IMG/VR virus record: IMGVR_UViG_3300020042_004159
Coordinates: 1-24,825 of that record
DNA from: a virus
Taxonomy: Duplodnaviria; Caudoviricetes
Direction: 5' to 3' (one strand)
DNA length: 24,825 nt
The notes beneath the pieces were generated by a model that saw nothing but the letters and a program-made list of their open reading frames with translations, ran no database searches and had not been told where the DNA came from. Positions 17,311-24,825 of this stretch are shown one piece after another (the first letter of the stretch is position 1; every line of letters starts with the position of its first letter). A program made the position numbers and the translations under genes.

Positions 17311-20300
17311 CTATTGAAGTCCATAACGACGAAGCACACCACTTTCTTCCTCTGTGGTGTCTGTTTCCCCGCCCAGCACCATGCTCATTGCTATATTCTG
17401 CAAATCTGCTTTTTGTTTTGGATCCGTTACACTTTCAATTAGAGATTTTATCAAACCCGCTCTTGCAGTTGGTGTAAGGTCTTTAGCGTTTTGGATAGCT
17501 ATAAGTCTTGTAGCCACCGCAGGGTTGGATTCCATCAGGTCATATATGTTATCCGGCTTGCCTAAATTATCAATCTGCGCGGCTGTTAACTTGCTCCGGT
17601 CTAACCCTTCTTGTTTCTTCAACACCAGCTCTTGTGTTTTCAACGCCAGCTCTTGTTGTTTAAACACTTTCTCGGCGTCATCTTTCTCCAGACCTAGCGC
17701 AGTCTGGATCTGAGCGATCTTCATATCACGATCTTCCTTCTTACGGGTAGCCGTGGCCGCATTCTGCGCAGTACGTGCCTCAATAATTGCTGGCATAGTA
17801 GCCGCACCTGCTTCACCCACACCCCCTAAGAAGCTAGAATTTTTAGTGCCCGCTAAGTTAAGCCCAAACTGCATCAATGCTTCATACTTACGTTGTTCTT
17901 TATCCTTAGCCATTTCCTCGTCGGTCATAGCACCTGACGGGACACCCGCATACAACTCTTTAGCTTTAGCCATGTAATCTACTGGGGCTTCCCTTCTTGT
18001 CGGCATAGTAGACATGTCTACTTCTTGTATCTGGGCGAGTCCTTGTGGAGCTGATGGTTGTGGTAGCCCCGCTGGTTGTTCCTGTCGGTTGCCAAGATTT
18101 ATAGTTGGCGCAAAACTGTTTTCATCTAGTTCAACATTACCCCCAAACAAAGTAGATGGAATCTCGGGTATTTTTTTACCTGCGGCGACGGCTTCTAGCT
18201 CGGGTTCACTAAGTTTTTCTAAATCATCTGTCTGTAAGACTTTTCCGTTGATCATAGCTTGCCTATGAATAGCCATTATAAGTCTAACTTTCCTTAGTGA
18301 CATTTCCGCAGGTGGAGGGGCTGAATTCTTAAGCAAGAATGATTTGTTTTGCGTTGATAAAGCTCTTATTCCTTCTAGCCTTTGGTTTTCTTTTTCTTGG
18401 ACAGACCCACCGGGCGTAAAATGCGCAATACCACCATGGGCATAGGAATCTTCATCATAGTAATCATCAGGCAGGTTTATGTTCATTAAGCCGCCGTTGG
18501 CTGCCGTCATGGTAGGAGGTGGTGGTTGTTGACTTTGTGTTGGATCCATAGGAGGTTGTTGTGGTGCAATACTGGCTAACCCTTGTGGTGCCTGTGACTT
18601 ATTAACTAACTCTTGAAACACTGTATTAGGTGGTGCTTGGGGGGCTTTCATAGCCCTTTCTACTTCAGCTAAGGTCAAGGCTTTCAGCAATGGGTCAAGC
18701 CCCGGTATACCCGCTATCCGCTCTGAATCCCCCCGCATACGAACAGCCAGATCTTTAGCCTGCTTACCAAGATCACCTATAGGCTTTTCATCACCACCAC
18801 CAACATCACCGCCAACACCACCCTCAGCAAGAGCAACCAGACCACCGTTGTTATACGAACGCATCTCACCACCAGCAGCGGCAAACGTCTTATATCCGCC
18901 ATAAGCGGCGGCAGCGGTACCTGCTAACCCAGCTAAAGCAGAGGGAGCTTGCCCGTATTGTGTCATGGTCTTGTTTGGGGTCATGGGTAACCCTTGGATT
19001 ATGCCCGCATACCGCCCAAGCTGATCCATCGGGTAGTCCCGCTGCCTCTGAAAATCATCGTAGGCGGTGTCTAACCTTGTTTGATCTAACCCACGCTGGG
19101 TTTCACCCACTGCGTTCTGGGCGTTGAGGCGCTGCATATCCGCCTGCTGCTGGGCAGTTCCAAATTGGTTGAGGCTCTGTGCTGCACTTAAACGCTGGTT
19201 TCCCGCATACTGCCGGGACTGTTCTGCTTGCCTCTGGGCATCCATACTATAGTTAGCCCCAAACTGCCGTTCTGCTGCTGCCGACTGTTCCGCCTGTGTC
19301 CTTTGGGTTGCCCCAAACTGACGGGACTGTTCTCTCTGCCGCTGGGCGTCCATACCGAAGTTAGCCCCAAACTGCCGTTCTCTTGCTGCCGATTCTTCCG
19401 CCCGTGACCTTTGATCCGCCCCGTACTGTCGGGACTGTTCTCTCTGTTTTTGAGCGTCCATACCGAAGTTAGCCCCAAACTGCTTCGCTCTCTCTTGCTC
19501 CTGTTGCGCTTGTAACTGCCTAGTTGAGCCAAACTGCCGGGATGCTTCTCTCTGTTTTTGAGCATCCATACCAAAATTTGCCCCAAACTGATTCGCCCGA
19601 TCTTGCGCTTCTTGCGCTTGTAGCTGTCGGTTAGAGCCAAACTGCCGAGACTGTTCCGCTTGCCTTTGAGCCTCCATACCTTGACTTGACCCGAACTGCC
19701 GAGACTGTTCCGCTTGCCTTTGGGCCTCCATACTTTGGCTTCCACCAAACTGCCGAGACAGCTCGCCATACTGCTGCGCTTGCATCCTACGATCTTGTTC
19801 TGATCCAAACTGCTTCTGTGCCGCATCATAGGCTGATTGAAGCCCAGTGGCCTGAATACTCCCTAACTGGGTTCCCAAATTACGCTCACGTTCCATATTA
19901 GCCAAAAGCTGTCTAGAACCACCATAAGTACCTTGTCTTGCTGCACCGAGGTTTCCTGCTAACTGACTTTGTTTAGCATCACGTACAGCGGATTGTTTCT
20001 GTACGTCCACCACGTTCTGCATATAGGGCGACATGTACTGAGAAGCCATACCAGAGTTGTTAAAAGAGTTTGTATCAAACTGACCCGCAGCATAGTCGCC
20101 ACCCGTGAATTGAGTCGGGTTATACCCACCATTGAATTGGCCTGTAGCGTAGTCGCCACCAGTGAATTGTGTCGGATTATAAGTGTTGTCAAATTGCCCC
20201 GTGCCGTAATCGCCTCCGGCAAACTGAGTTGCATCATACCCACCATCAAATTGGCCTGTACCGTAGTCTCCTCCGGTAAACTTAGCTTGGTCATACCCGC

Positions 20301-20640
20301 CATCAAACTGACCTGTACCGTAGTTGCCTCCGGTAAATTGAGCCTGATCATACCCGCCGTTAAATTGACCCGGGGTGTAATTGCCAGCCTCAGTAGCCAT
20401 TTGGGTGGATGCGCCAAACTGACCCGGTGTGGTTAACCCCATTATCCCTTGCTGGGATTGTGTTTCGGCATCAGTAAAACCCGCTGTTCTCTGCCCGCCG
20501 TATGTCTGGTAGGGTCGGTTTGCTTCCCCTTGCGTGCGTGCTAGTACATCCTCAAAATAAGGTTTGGCATACGAGGGGATGTTCGTGTTCGTAGTGTTTT
20601 GGTATTGCACTTGCGGCTGTTTTTGTTTACTGGAACCCAT
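17311..20640 (-). CDS. Putative internal virion / DNA-ejection protein (1109 aa) with two repeat arrays
   Basis: Gln/Gly/Ala-rich; YMSPYMQNVVD, G.YGGSRQ and FQRQRDYP motifs resemble podovirus-like DNA-transfer proteins; directly upstream of the giant protein. Confidence 0.7.
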   Translation of the reverse strand: MGSSKQKQPQVQYQNTTNTNIPSYAKPYFEDVLARTQGEANRPYQTYGGQRTAGFTDAETQSQQGIMGLTTPGQFGASTQMATEAGNYTPGQFNGGYDQAQFTGGNYGTGQFDGGYDQAKFTGGDYGTGQFDGGYDATQFAGGDYGTGQFDNTYNPTQFTGGDYATGQFNGGYNPTQFTGGDYAAGQFDTNSFNNSGMASQYMSPYMQNVVDVQKQSAVRDAKQSQLAGNLGAARQGTYGGSRQLLANMERERNLGTQLGSIQATGLQSAYDAAQKQFGSEQDRRMQAQQYGELSRQFGGSQSMEAQRQAEQSRQFGSSQGMEAQRQAEQSRQFGSNRQLQAQEAQDRANQFGANFGMDAQKQREASRQFGSTRQLQAQQEQERAKQFGANFGMDAQKQREQSRQYGADQRSRAEESAARERQFGANFGMDAQRQREQSRQFGATQRTQAEQSAAAERQFGANYSMDAQRQAEQSRQYAGNQRLSAAQSLNQFGTAQQQADMQRLNAQNAVGETQRGLDQTRLDTAYDDFQRQRDYPMDQLGRYAGIIQGLPMTPNKTMTQYGQAPSALAGLAGTAAAAYGGYKTFAAAGGEMRSYNNGGLVALAEGGVGGDVGGGDEKPIGDLGKQAKDLAVRMRGDSERIAGIPGLDPLLKALTLAEVERAMKAPQAPPNTVFQELVNKSQAPQGLASIAPQQPPMDPTQSQQPPPPTMTAANGGLMNINLPDDYYDEDSYAHGGIAHFTPGGSVQEKENQRLEGIRALSTQNKSFLLKNSAPPPAEMSLRKVRLIMAIHRQAMINGKVLQTDDLEKLSEPELEAVAAGKKIPEIPSTLFGGNVELDENSFAPTINLGNRQEQPAGLPQPSAPQGLAQIQEVDMSTMPTRREAPVDYMAKAKELYAGVPSGAMTDEEMAKDKEQRKYEALMQFGLNLAGTKNSSFLGGVGEAGAATMPAIIEARTAQNAATATRKKEDRDMKIAQIQTALGLEKDDAEKVFKQQELALKTQELVLKKQEGLDRSKLTAAQIDNLGKPDNIYDLMESNPAVATRLIAIQNAKDLTPTARAGLIKSLIESVTDPKQKADLQNIAMSMVLGGETDTTEEESGVLRRYGLQ
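19190..19815 (-). repeat. 18/36-aa Gln-rich coding repeat (RQFG-anchored), about 11-12 units
   Basis: SRQFGSSQGMEAQRQAEQ-type units alternate with RQFGANFGMDAQKQREQ-type units; 54/108-nt DNA periodicity (CCAAACTGCC recurs on +). Boundaries approximate. Confidence 0.9.
20075..20380 (-). repeat. 19-aa (57-nt) Gly/aromatic coding repeat, 5 copies plus a partial
   Basis: GQFNGGYDQAQFTGGNYGT / GQFDGGYDQAKFTGGDYGT / GQFDGGYDATQFAGGDYGT / GQFDNTYNPTQFTGGDYAT / GQFNGGYNPTQFTGGDYAA. Confidence 0.92.
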
Positions 20641-20642
20641 AT

Positions 20643-21077
20643 CTAAACTCCTATACCTGTTTCAGCCGCCGGAATTTCATACACGCAGCCTATTTGTTTA
20701 TAACCGTCGTTCTTAAATATCTTAGCCCACCCGGGCCTGCCTATTGATTCTATCCCGTCGCAACCATTGTCATACGCCCAATGCTGTAATAACTCAAGCA
20801 TAGGCCCTTTCCATCTATGGCCTTCAACACCACCAACAAAGGCTAGGTTAACGTACTTCTTCCGGGGGTATACAACAAAGTTCGTTACTACTGCCCCGTA
20901 GTCACACTCCCCATCAAACGCAACCCATAACTGGTGGTCGTAATCCGTTATAGATATTAGAATATCGTCTAACTCAAATCTGCCGTAAGTATACTGTATT
21001 GCACCGGCTAAGTGCCCTTTCACATGCTCCCAACACTCTACTACGTGCGCTGGAGGCACCATGGACACTTTAATCAT
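20643..21077 (-). CDS. GNAT-fold-like virion assembly protein (144 aa)
   Basis: LWVAFD....GAVVT....YP...V.LAFVGG...W......WA...GC..IE..GRPGW. Sits between tail and internal protein genes, as acetyltransferase-like genes do in podoviruses. Fold is inferred. Confidence 0.6.
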   Translation of the reverse strand: MIKVSMVPPAHVVECWEHVKGHLAGAIQYTYGRFELDDILISITDYDHQLWVAFDGECDYGAVVTNFVVYPRKKYVNLAFVGGVEGHRWKGPMLELLQHWAYDNGCDGIESIGRPGWAKIFKNDGYKQIGCVYEIPAAETGIGV

Positions 21078-22357
21078 TACGCCATAAGACCACGGGATAG
21101 ACCTGTATCTTCACCTCTGTCCGCCGCCTTCCTTGCCTTATGCGCTTTATCCATAAGAGCATACAACTTGCCAGCCCCGCCCATTTCCTTTACTGCCCCC
21201 GGCGGCATCATAACCTCATCTCTTGCTACACGGGCTTCTTGCGTTCCACCTATATTGGCGTGGATAGAATCACTTACTCCGTCTCCGGGGCCATTTATAG
21301 GCACACCGCCTACACGACTTAGCGCCTCTTTCCCGGCATTACTGCTGCCGTTTCCTAGTTCAGAGACAGTACGGGCATCTAACACAAACGCGCCATCCTG
21401 CATATTCATCTCCCCGCCCGCCGCTGCCGTTGGGTACAAATCACGTACACCCCGTTGATTTAACAACCGGGAAGACGGCATGTAGCTAGGTGTGGGGTTA
21501 ACGGTGTCAAAATACTGGAACTCGGAAGAATCATTCGGGTCACGAGCAGCAACCCCGTCGACTCCGGGGAACTGGGCTACTCTTGGTGTTGGCTCATACG
21601 GGCCAGCGTAGTTAGATTTCTCTTCTTCTGTATTGAACTTAGGCATGGAAGGAGTTGCCGCTTTAGAGATGCCTTGCAGTGCGCCCATACCCGCTACTTG
21701 TGGAGCATAGCTCCCTAGGTAGTTTTTACCACCTTTAAAAAGTGGTGCTTTTGCGGCGGCGGCAAATCTATCAGTAAACCCTGCGAGTCCTGATGATGGA
21801 GCCATAGTTGTTGCCGCATTAGCCAAGTTTGTCGAAACAGCCGATGGAACCACACTTGATGCCGCAGTAGTAGCGGCTGGAACAGCGGTACCCCCTAAGT
21901 TAGCTATGTTTGTTGAAATAGCCGAAGGAGCCACACTTGAGGCAGCGGGAACAGCAGTAGTAGCCGCGGTTTTAGCCGCAGTTCCTAGACCAAACCCACC
22001 AGCTATACTAGCGCCACCATAAGCGCCCAATCCAGCCATAAGACCTTGCTTCAGGGATCCACCCAAACCTTTGCCTTTAGAGAGACCCAACCCAGTAGAA
22101 CCCCCACCCACCAACAATGCGGCCATGGGAGCGCCTATACCAGTAGCCATCAAAGCAGCCCCGGCAATCATAGGAAGTAGCTTCTTCAGGAACCCAGCTT
22201 CAGGAAGCCCCGTTTCCGGGTTTATAGTCAAAGACCCGCCGTGTGCCATAGCAAGCTGCTGTAGCCCATTAACTTCCCCGGGTGTCATGTGGATAAGAAC
22301 GGTATCCTCGTCCCGACCCTTAGACTGCACCTGTTTTGCTATATCATGTAAGCTCAT
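21077..22357 (-). CDS. Putative internal virion protein (426 aa)
   Basis: N-terminal GR.EDT.L.HMTP.E...TINPETGLPE module, Gly-rich hydrophobic segment, C-terminal GPGDGVSDSI.A module also seen in phage virion/tape-measure proteins. Confidence 0.7.
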   Translation of the reverse strand: MSLHDIAKQVQSKGRDEDTVLIHMTPGEVNGLQQLAMAHGGSLTINPETGLPEAGFLKKLLPMIAGAALMATGIGAPMAALLVGGGSTGLGLSKGKGLGGSLKQGLMAGLGAYGGASIAGGFGLGTAAKTAATTAVPAASSVAPSAISTNIANLGGTAVPAATTAASSVVPSAVSTNLANAATTMAPSSGLAGFTDRFAAAAKAPLFKGGKNYLGSYAPQVAGMGALQGISKAATPSMPKFNTEEEKSNYAGPYEPTPRVAQFPGVDGVAARDPNDSSEFQYFDTVNPTPSYMPSSRLLNQRGVRDLYPTAAAGGEMNMQDGAFVLDARTVSELGNGSSNAGKEALSRVGGVPINGPGDGVSDSIHANIGGTQEARVARDEVMMPPGAVKEMGGAGKLYALMDKAHKARKAADRGEDTGLSRGLMA

Positions 22358-22363
22358 GTTCTG

Positions 22364-22392
22364 ATTATCCTATTCTTTTTTTACAAAGTCAC
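22364..22392 (-). promoter_or_regulatory. Internal sigma70-like promoter, predicted leaderless start at ATG 22357
   Basis: Minus strand GTGACT (22392-87), 17 nt, GATAAT (22369-64), 6 nt, ATG. Confidence 0.45.
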
Positions 22393-22394
22393 TG

Positions 22395-22724
22395 CTATTT
22401 GGCTACCCAGCCAGTATTGCTAATTCCTGACTCTTTGACATACAGCGTAGTGTTTGCACCGCCATCGAGCCTTGAATACAGCGATCCTACAGGCGCGGTT
22501 ACAACTGCCTCTGGAGTGCCGTTCCCGGATAACCACAGTATCTGGTCAATGTAATATCCGCCGTTTATCCCTGTGCTTGACCTAAAATAGTCAGCCTGTA
22601 CCGGGGTCTTAGAGTCGAGCCTGTTAAAGTAAAGCTCCAAGATCTTAACCAACTGCATCATATACTGCTGGTTATACTCCAATGTTGGAATAGGCAGGGG
22701 TGCGGCTTTGAATTTCTCCATCAT
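22395..22724 (-). CDS. Small tail-associated protein (109 aa)
   Basis: LP.PT.EY.QQY...L...L.LYFNRLD N-terminus, followed by a G.GTPE.VVTAPVGSLY.R.DGGA.TTLYVKESG..NTGW.AK module typical of tail fibre/spike C-termini. Confidence 0.7.
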   Translation of the reverse strand: MMEKFKAAPLPIPTLEYNQQYMMQLVKILELYFNRLDSKTPVQADYFRSSTGINGGYYIDQILWLSGNGTPEAVVTAPVGSLYSRLDGGANTTLYVKESGISNTGWVAK

Positions 22725-22727
22725 CGG

Positions 22728-24737
22728 CTAACGCTCTCCATCTTCCCTGCCGTCAATACGGGGGTTACCTAACTGCCATTGCACCCCAAGGGCGGTAGAT
22801 CTTACTTTTAGCGCCACTTGACGCGCCCTTAACCGCACATATATCTGGTCAGTAAAAGTGTCAACCTCAGTAACTCCTTGTGGGGCTGCGGCATTTGTTG
22901 AAATAACGTCTTCGGTGTCCTGTGCGTCTGTAGCGGTATTAAACGCCGAGCCGGGGAAGTTTCTAGACCGTATTTGGAATTCAACCGAGGGGGCAGCGGC
23001 TGTAGAGGTATTAAAGCCAATATCCGGGATAATTCGTTTGGTCAGAATAAACTTGTCTCCATCCCCTAAATCAAAGTCATTGGACTGTATATAGGACACC
23101 ATAGCTGAAAGGTCGTCGTCTAAGCCTGTTTCATGGTCGTACATCGCGCCAATTTGATTGGTAAAATTGGTAGCAACAGCCTGCGGGTGAGGTTGTAAAC
23201 TTGAGTCTATCCACGCGGTACGCTCCATTGTTCCATACATCCATAGCTTTTCTAAGTGGTTGTATATCACGTAGCGGTCATTGGTGTTACTAGGCCCGTT
23301 GCTAGGCCCACCTGTATTGCTTGGATAGAACCACCATACCTCATTAAAACCTTCGTTAGTGCCGCTGATTATTTGGTCAACTTGGTTGTAGTTTAGGTCG
23401 TTGTAGACGTAGTTACGTATAGTACAAGGCAGCGTCTCCAGCCGACCCGCATAGGCATAGAACTTATCTATACCCATCCAGTACACCACGTTATTAGCAA
23501 CGGTCTTGGCGCGTGGGCTTATTATAGAGGTATTATCCGCGTATTCCTGCAACCCAAACACATCTGTTGTGCCTAAGAATGTGAGTGCGTATAGAGAAGA
23601 ATCCGTCCAAACCAGAATTTCCTGCCGAGAAGCCAGCCCAGTAATAATGAATGAACCACGAGAAACACGTAAATCACCCGCAGAATTAGTTGTTAGGGGT
23701 TCCCACTGTCCGGGGTTATCTTGGTCTGCCCAGCGGATTAAGAGCGGATCATAGTCATCTGGATCGGTAGAAGGATAAGGCACCGCGCCCAAGGCAAGAA
23801 GATGCTTGTCGTTCTGGGATATTAAAAGCTGACCCACTTTAATAGGCACGTCAGCCGGGTCGTAGCCTTCATTGAAGGCGTAGTCTTGTAGGGTAATAGC
23901 CCGGGTTGCTAGGGCGGTAGACGGGTCGGGGTCAGTCCCACGCTCCCAATAATACGGAGCACCTTCACGTATGTTCATTACCAAGTCGTTGTCAAAGTTA
24001 TCAAACCACCAGTCACGCTGAGGGAATAAAATTGGCACAGACCAACCATCACCCCAGCCGCCATCACCCCAAGGGCTTGCACCAAAGCCGTATCCGGATG
24101 TTCCGCCGGAGTAACCGGTGTCAATATCGTATTCCGCTACAGTTGCCCCGCCGCCAGCCAAAGTGTCATTTGCATTGGCGAATACCTCAGCCCCAGTAGT
24201 AGCATTTTTAGCCTTAATGGTATAGGAATTGACACCGATTACTGTGGCTATTTTGTAGCTTTGGTTTAGCACCGCAGCGGTTATGTTACCACCAGAAGAA
24301 AAAAGGTCGTTAGCGCCAGAGAAAGTGACGTAATTACCAGCCACAGCGTTAGAAGCCGCGTTTGTAACCGTTATAGTTGAAGACCCGTTGACAGCTGCAA
24401 AAGCGCTCGGGGCGGCCATGCTGGGGTCAGTGGCTCGCAGCGGGGTTATGTCAAATATATTGGTACCAACTTCTATGTAGACCTTCTCGTTTGTACCCAG
24501 CGCCATGAAGTTATCAGAAAAGGTAGTAACCCAGCTCCACATCTGACGGCACGTGCCTAAAATGTAGCTGCTCGTACCCACGGTAGCACCGGGTATGAGC
24601 TTCAGCCACCCACCCAGTTTCTGCGGATACCCTGAGAAAAACCGAATTTTGTTTGAATCCCACCAACCACCTTCACCGCTGTAGTTGGTCTGGTCTCTGT
24701 TTACTCCGGGTTTAAGCTGTACCTTGATAAATGCCAT
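22728..24737 (-). CDS. Tail nozzle / head-closure (P22 gp10-like, tail tubular B-like) protein (669 aa)
   Basis: Trp-rich beta-propeller-like sequence (LIRWADQDNP..W.P..TNSAG, VYWMG..KFY.Y.G....LPC, FNEVWWFYP, WQLG.PR.D...DG.R) with a Thr/Ala-rich inserted beta domain; position in the virion operon. Confidence 0.72.
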   Translation of the reverse strand: MAFIKVQLKPGVNRDQTNYSGEGGWWDSNKIRFFSGYPQKLGGWLKLIPGATVGTSSYILGTCRQMWSWVTTFSDNFMALGTNEKVYIEVGTNIFDITPLRATDPSMAAPSAFAAVNGSSTITVTNAASNAVAGNYVTFSGANDLFSSGGNITAAVLNQSYKIATVIGVNSYTIKAKNATTGAEVFANANDTLAGGGATVAEYDIDTGYSGGTSGYGFGASPWGDGGWGDGWSVPILFPQRDWWFDNFDNDLVMNIREGAPYYWERGTDPDPSTALATRAITLQDYAFNEGYDPADVPIKVGQLLISQNDKHLLALGAVPYPSTDPDDYDPLLIRWADQDNPGQWEPLTTNSAGDLRVSRGSFIITGLASRQEILVWTDSSLYALTFLGTTDVFGLQEYADNTSIISPRAKTVANNVVYWMGIDKFYAYAGRLETLPCTIRNYVYNDLNYNQVDQIISGTNEGFNEVWWFYPSNTGGPSNGPSNTNDRYVIYNHLEKLWMYGTMERTAWIDSSLQPHPQAVATNFTNQIGAMYDHETGLDDDLSAMVSYIQSNDFDLGDGDKFILTKRIIPDIGFNTSTAAAPSVEFQIRSRNFPGSAFNTATDAQDTEDVISTNAAAPQGVTEVDTFTDQIYVRLRARQVALKVRSTALGVQWQLGNPRIDGREDGER

Positions 24738-24825
24738 TACGCGACTAGCCCTTTGGTATAGGTTATTTTACCGGCCACTTTTGTCGCAGTCAGTGCTTCT
24801 TTCCTTAGATTATCAGATTTATAGG
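24737..24825 (-). CDS. C-terminal fragment of a probable Peptidase M15 (endolysin-like) gene
   Basis: Reads YKSDNLRKEALTATKVAGKITYTKGLVA* with a TAATG overlap. Resembles the tail that follows WVHVSY in phage M15A peptidases; the catalytic residues are outside the window. Confidence 0.55.
   Translation of the reverse strand, partial: YKSDNLRKEALTATKVAGKITYTKGLVA

Noticed and set aside
19190-20380. Periodic DNA repeats as a CRISPR array or DGR template/variable repeat pair
   Set aside because: The repeats are in frame, multiples of 3, diverge at synonymous sites and have no unique spacers; no reverse transcriptase is present.
23287-23310. 12-nt tandem duplication (GPSNGPSN) in the nozzle gene
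   Set aside because: A single in-frame loop duplication with no further pattern.
11756-23754. Many + strand ORFs (e.g. 13205-13936, 15401-15904, 19969-20436) opposite the late genes
   Set aside because: Shadow ORFs of long coding genes, with no recognisable motifs and lying downstream of the 10780-811 terminator.
1-24825. Alternative genetic code or stop-codon reassignment
   Set aside because: Genes tile the window densely under the standard code, and TAA, TAG and TGA all end genes at sensible boundaries.

Overview
This 24.8 kb segment comes from a tailed dsDNA phage with podovirus-like organisation; the host cannot be identified from sequence alone. Two gene blocks converge. The + strand block (1-10715) is early/replication: C-terminus of a SleB-type cell wall hydrolase, hypothetical proteins, Cas4/RecB-like PD-(D/E)XK nuclease, HNH-type protein, phage Dam-family methyltransferase, SNF2 helicase, putative ssDNA-binding protein, small HTH protein and a 958-aa primase-DUF927 helicase. 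The - strand block (10810-24825) is late/virion: end of a probable M15 peptidase, tail nozzle-like protein, small tail protein, two probable internal virion/ejection proteins, a GNAT-like protein and a 2163-aa polyvalent protein with a zincin HExxH motif. The most striking unexplained signal is the ~95 bp gap where the blocks meet. It holds a sigma70-like promoter, an ~80-nt pyrimidine-rich non-coding segment and a terminator. Two motifs in that segment are complementary (9-15 bp) to the ribosome-binding regions of at least eight early genes but only ~6 bp to the two late-gene Shine-Dalgarno sites checked. This suggests a multi-target anti-RBS small RNA acting as an early-to-late switch. Also notable are a two-state pseudoknot/anti-SD leader before an unannotated 46-aa ORF, a 48-aa very acidic ORF, a predicted leaderless late transcript, and xAxGG motifs and long repeats in the virion proteins. 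All protein family calls come from motif recognition by eye, not database searches.
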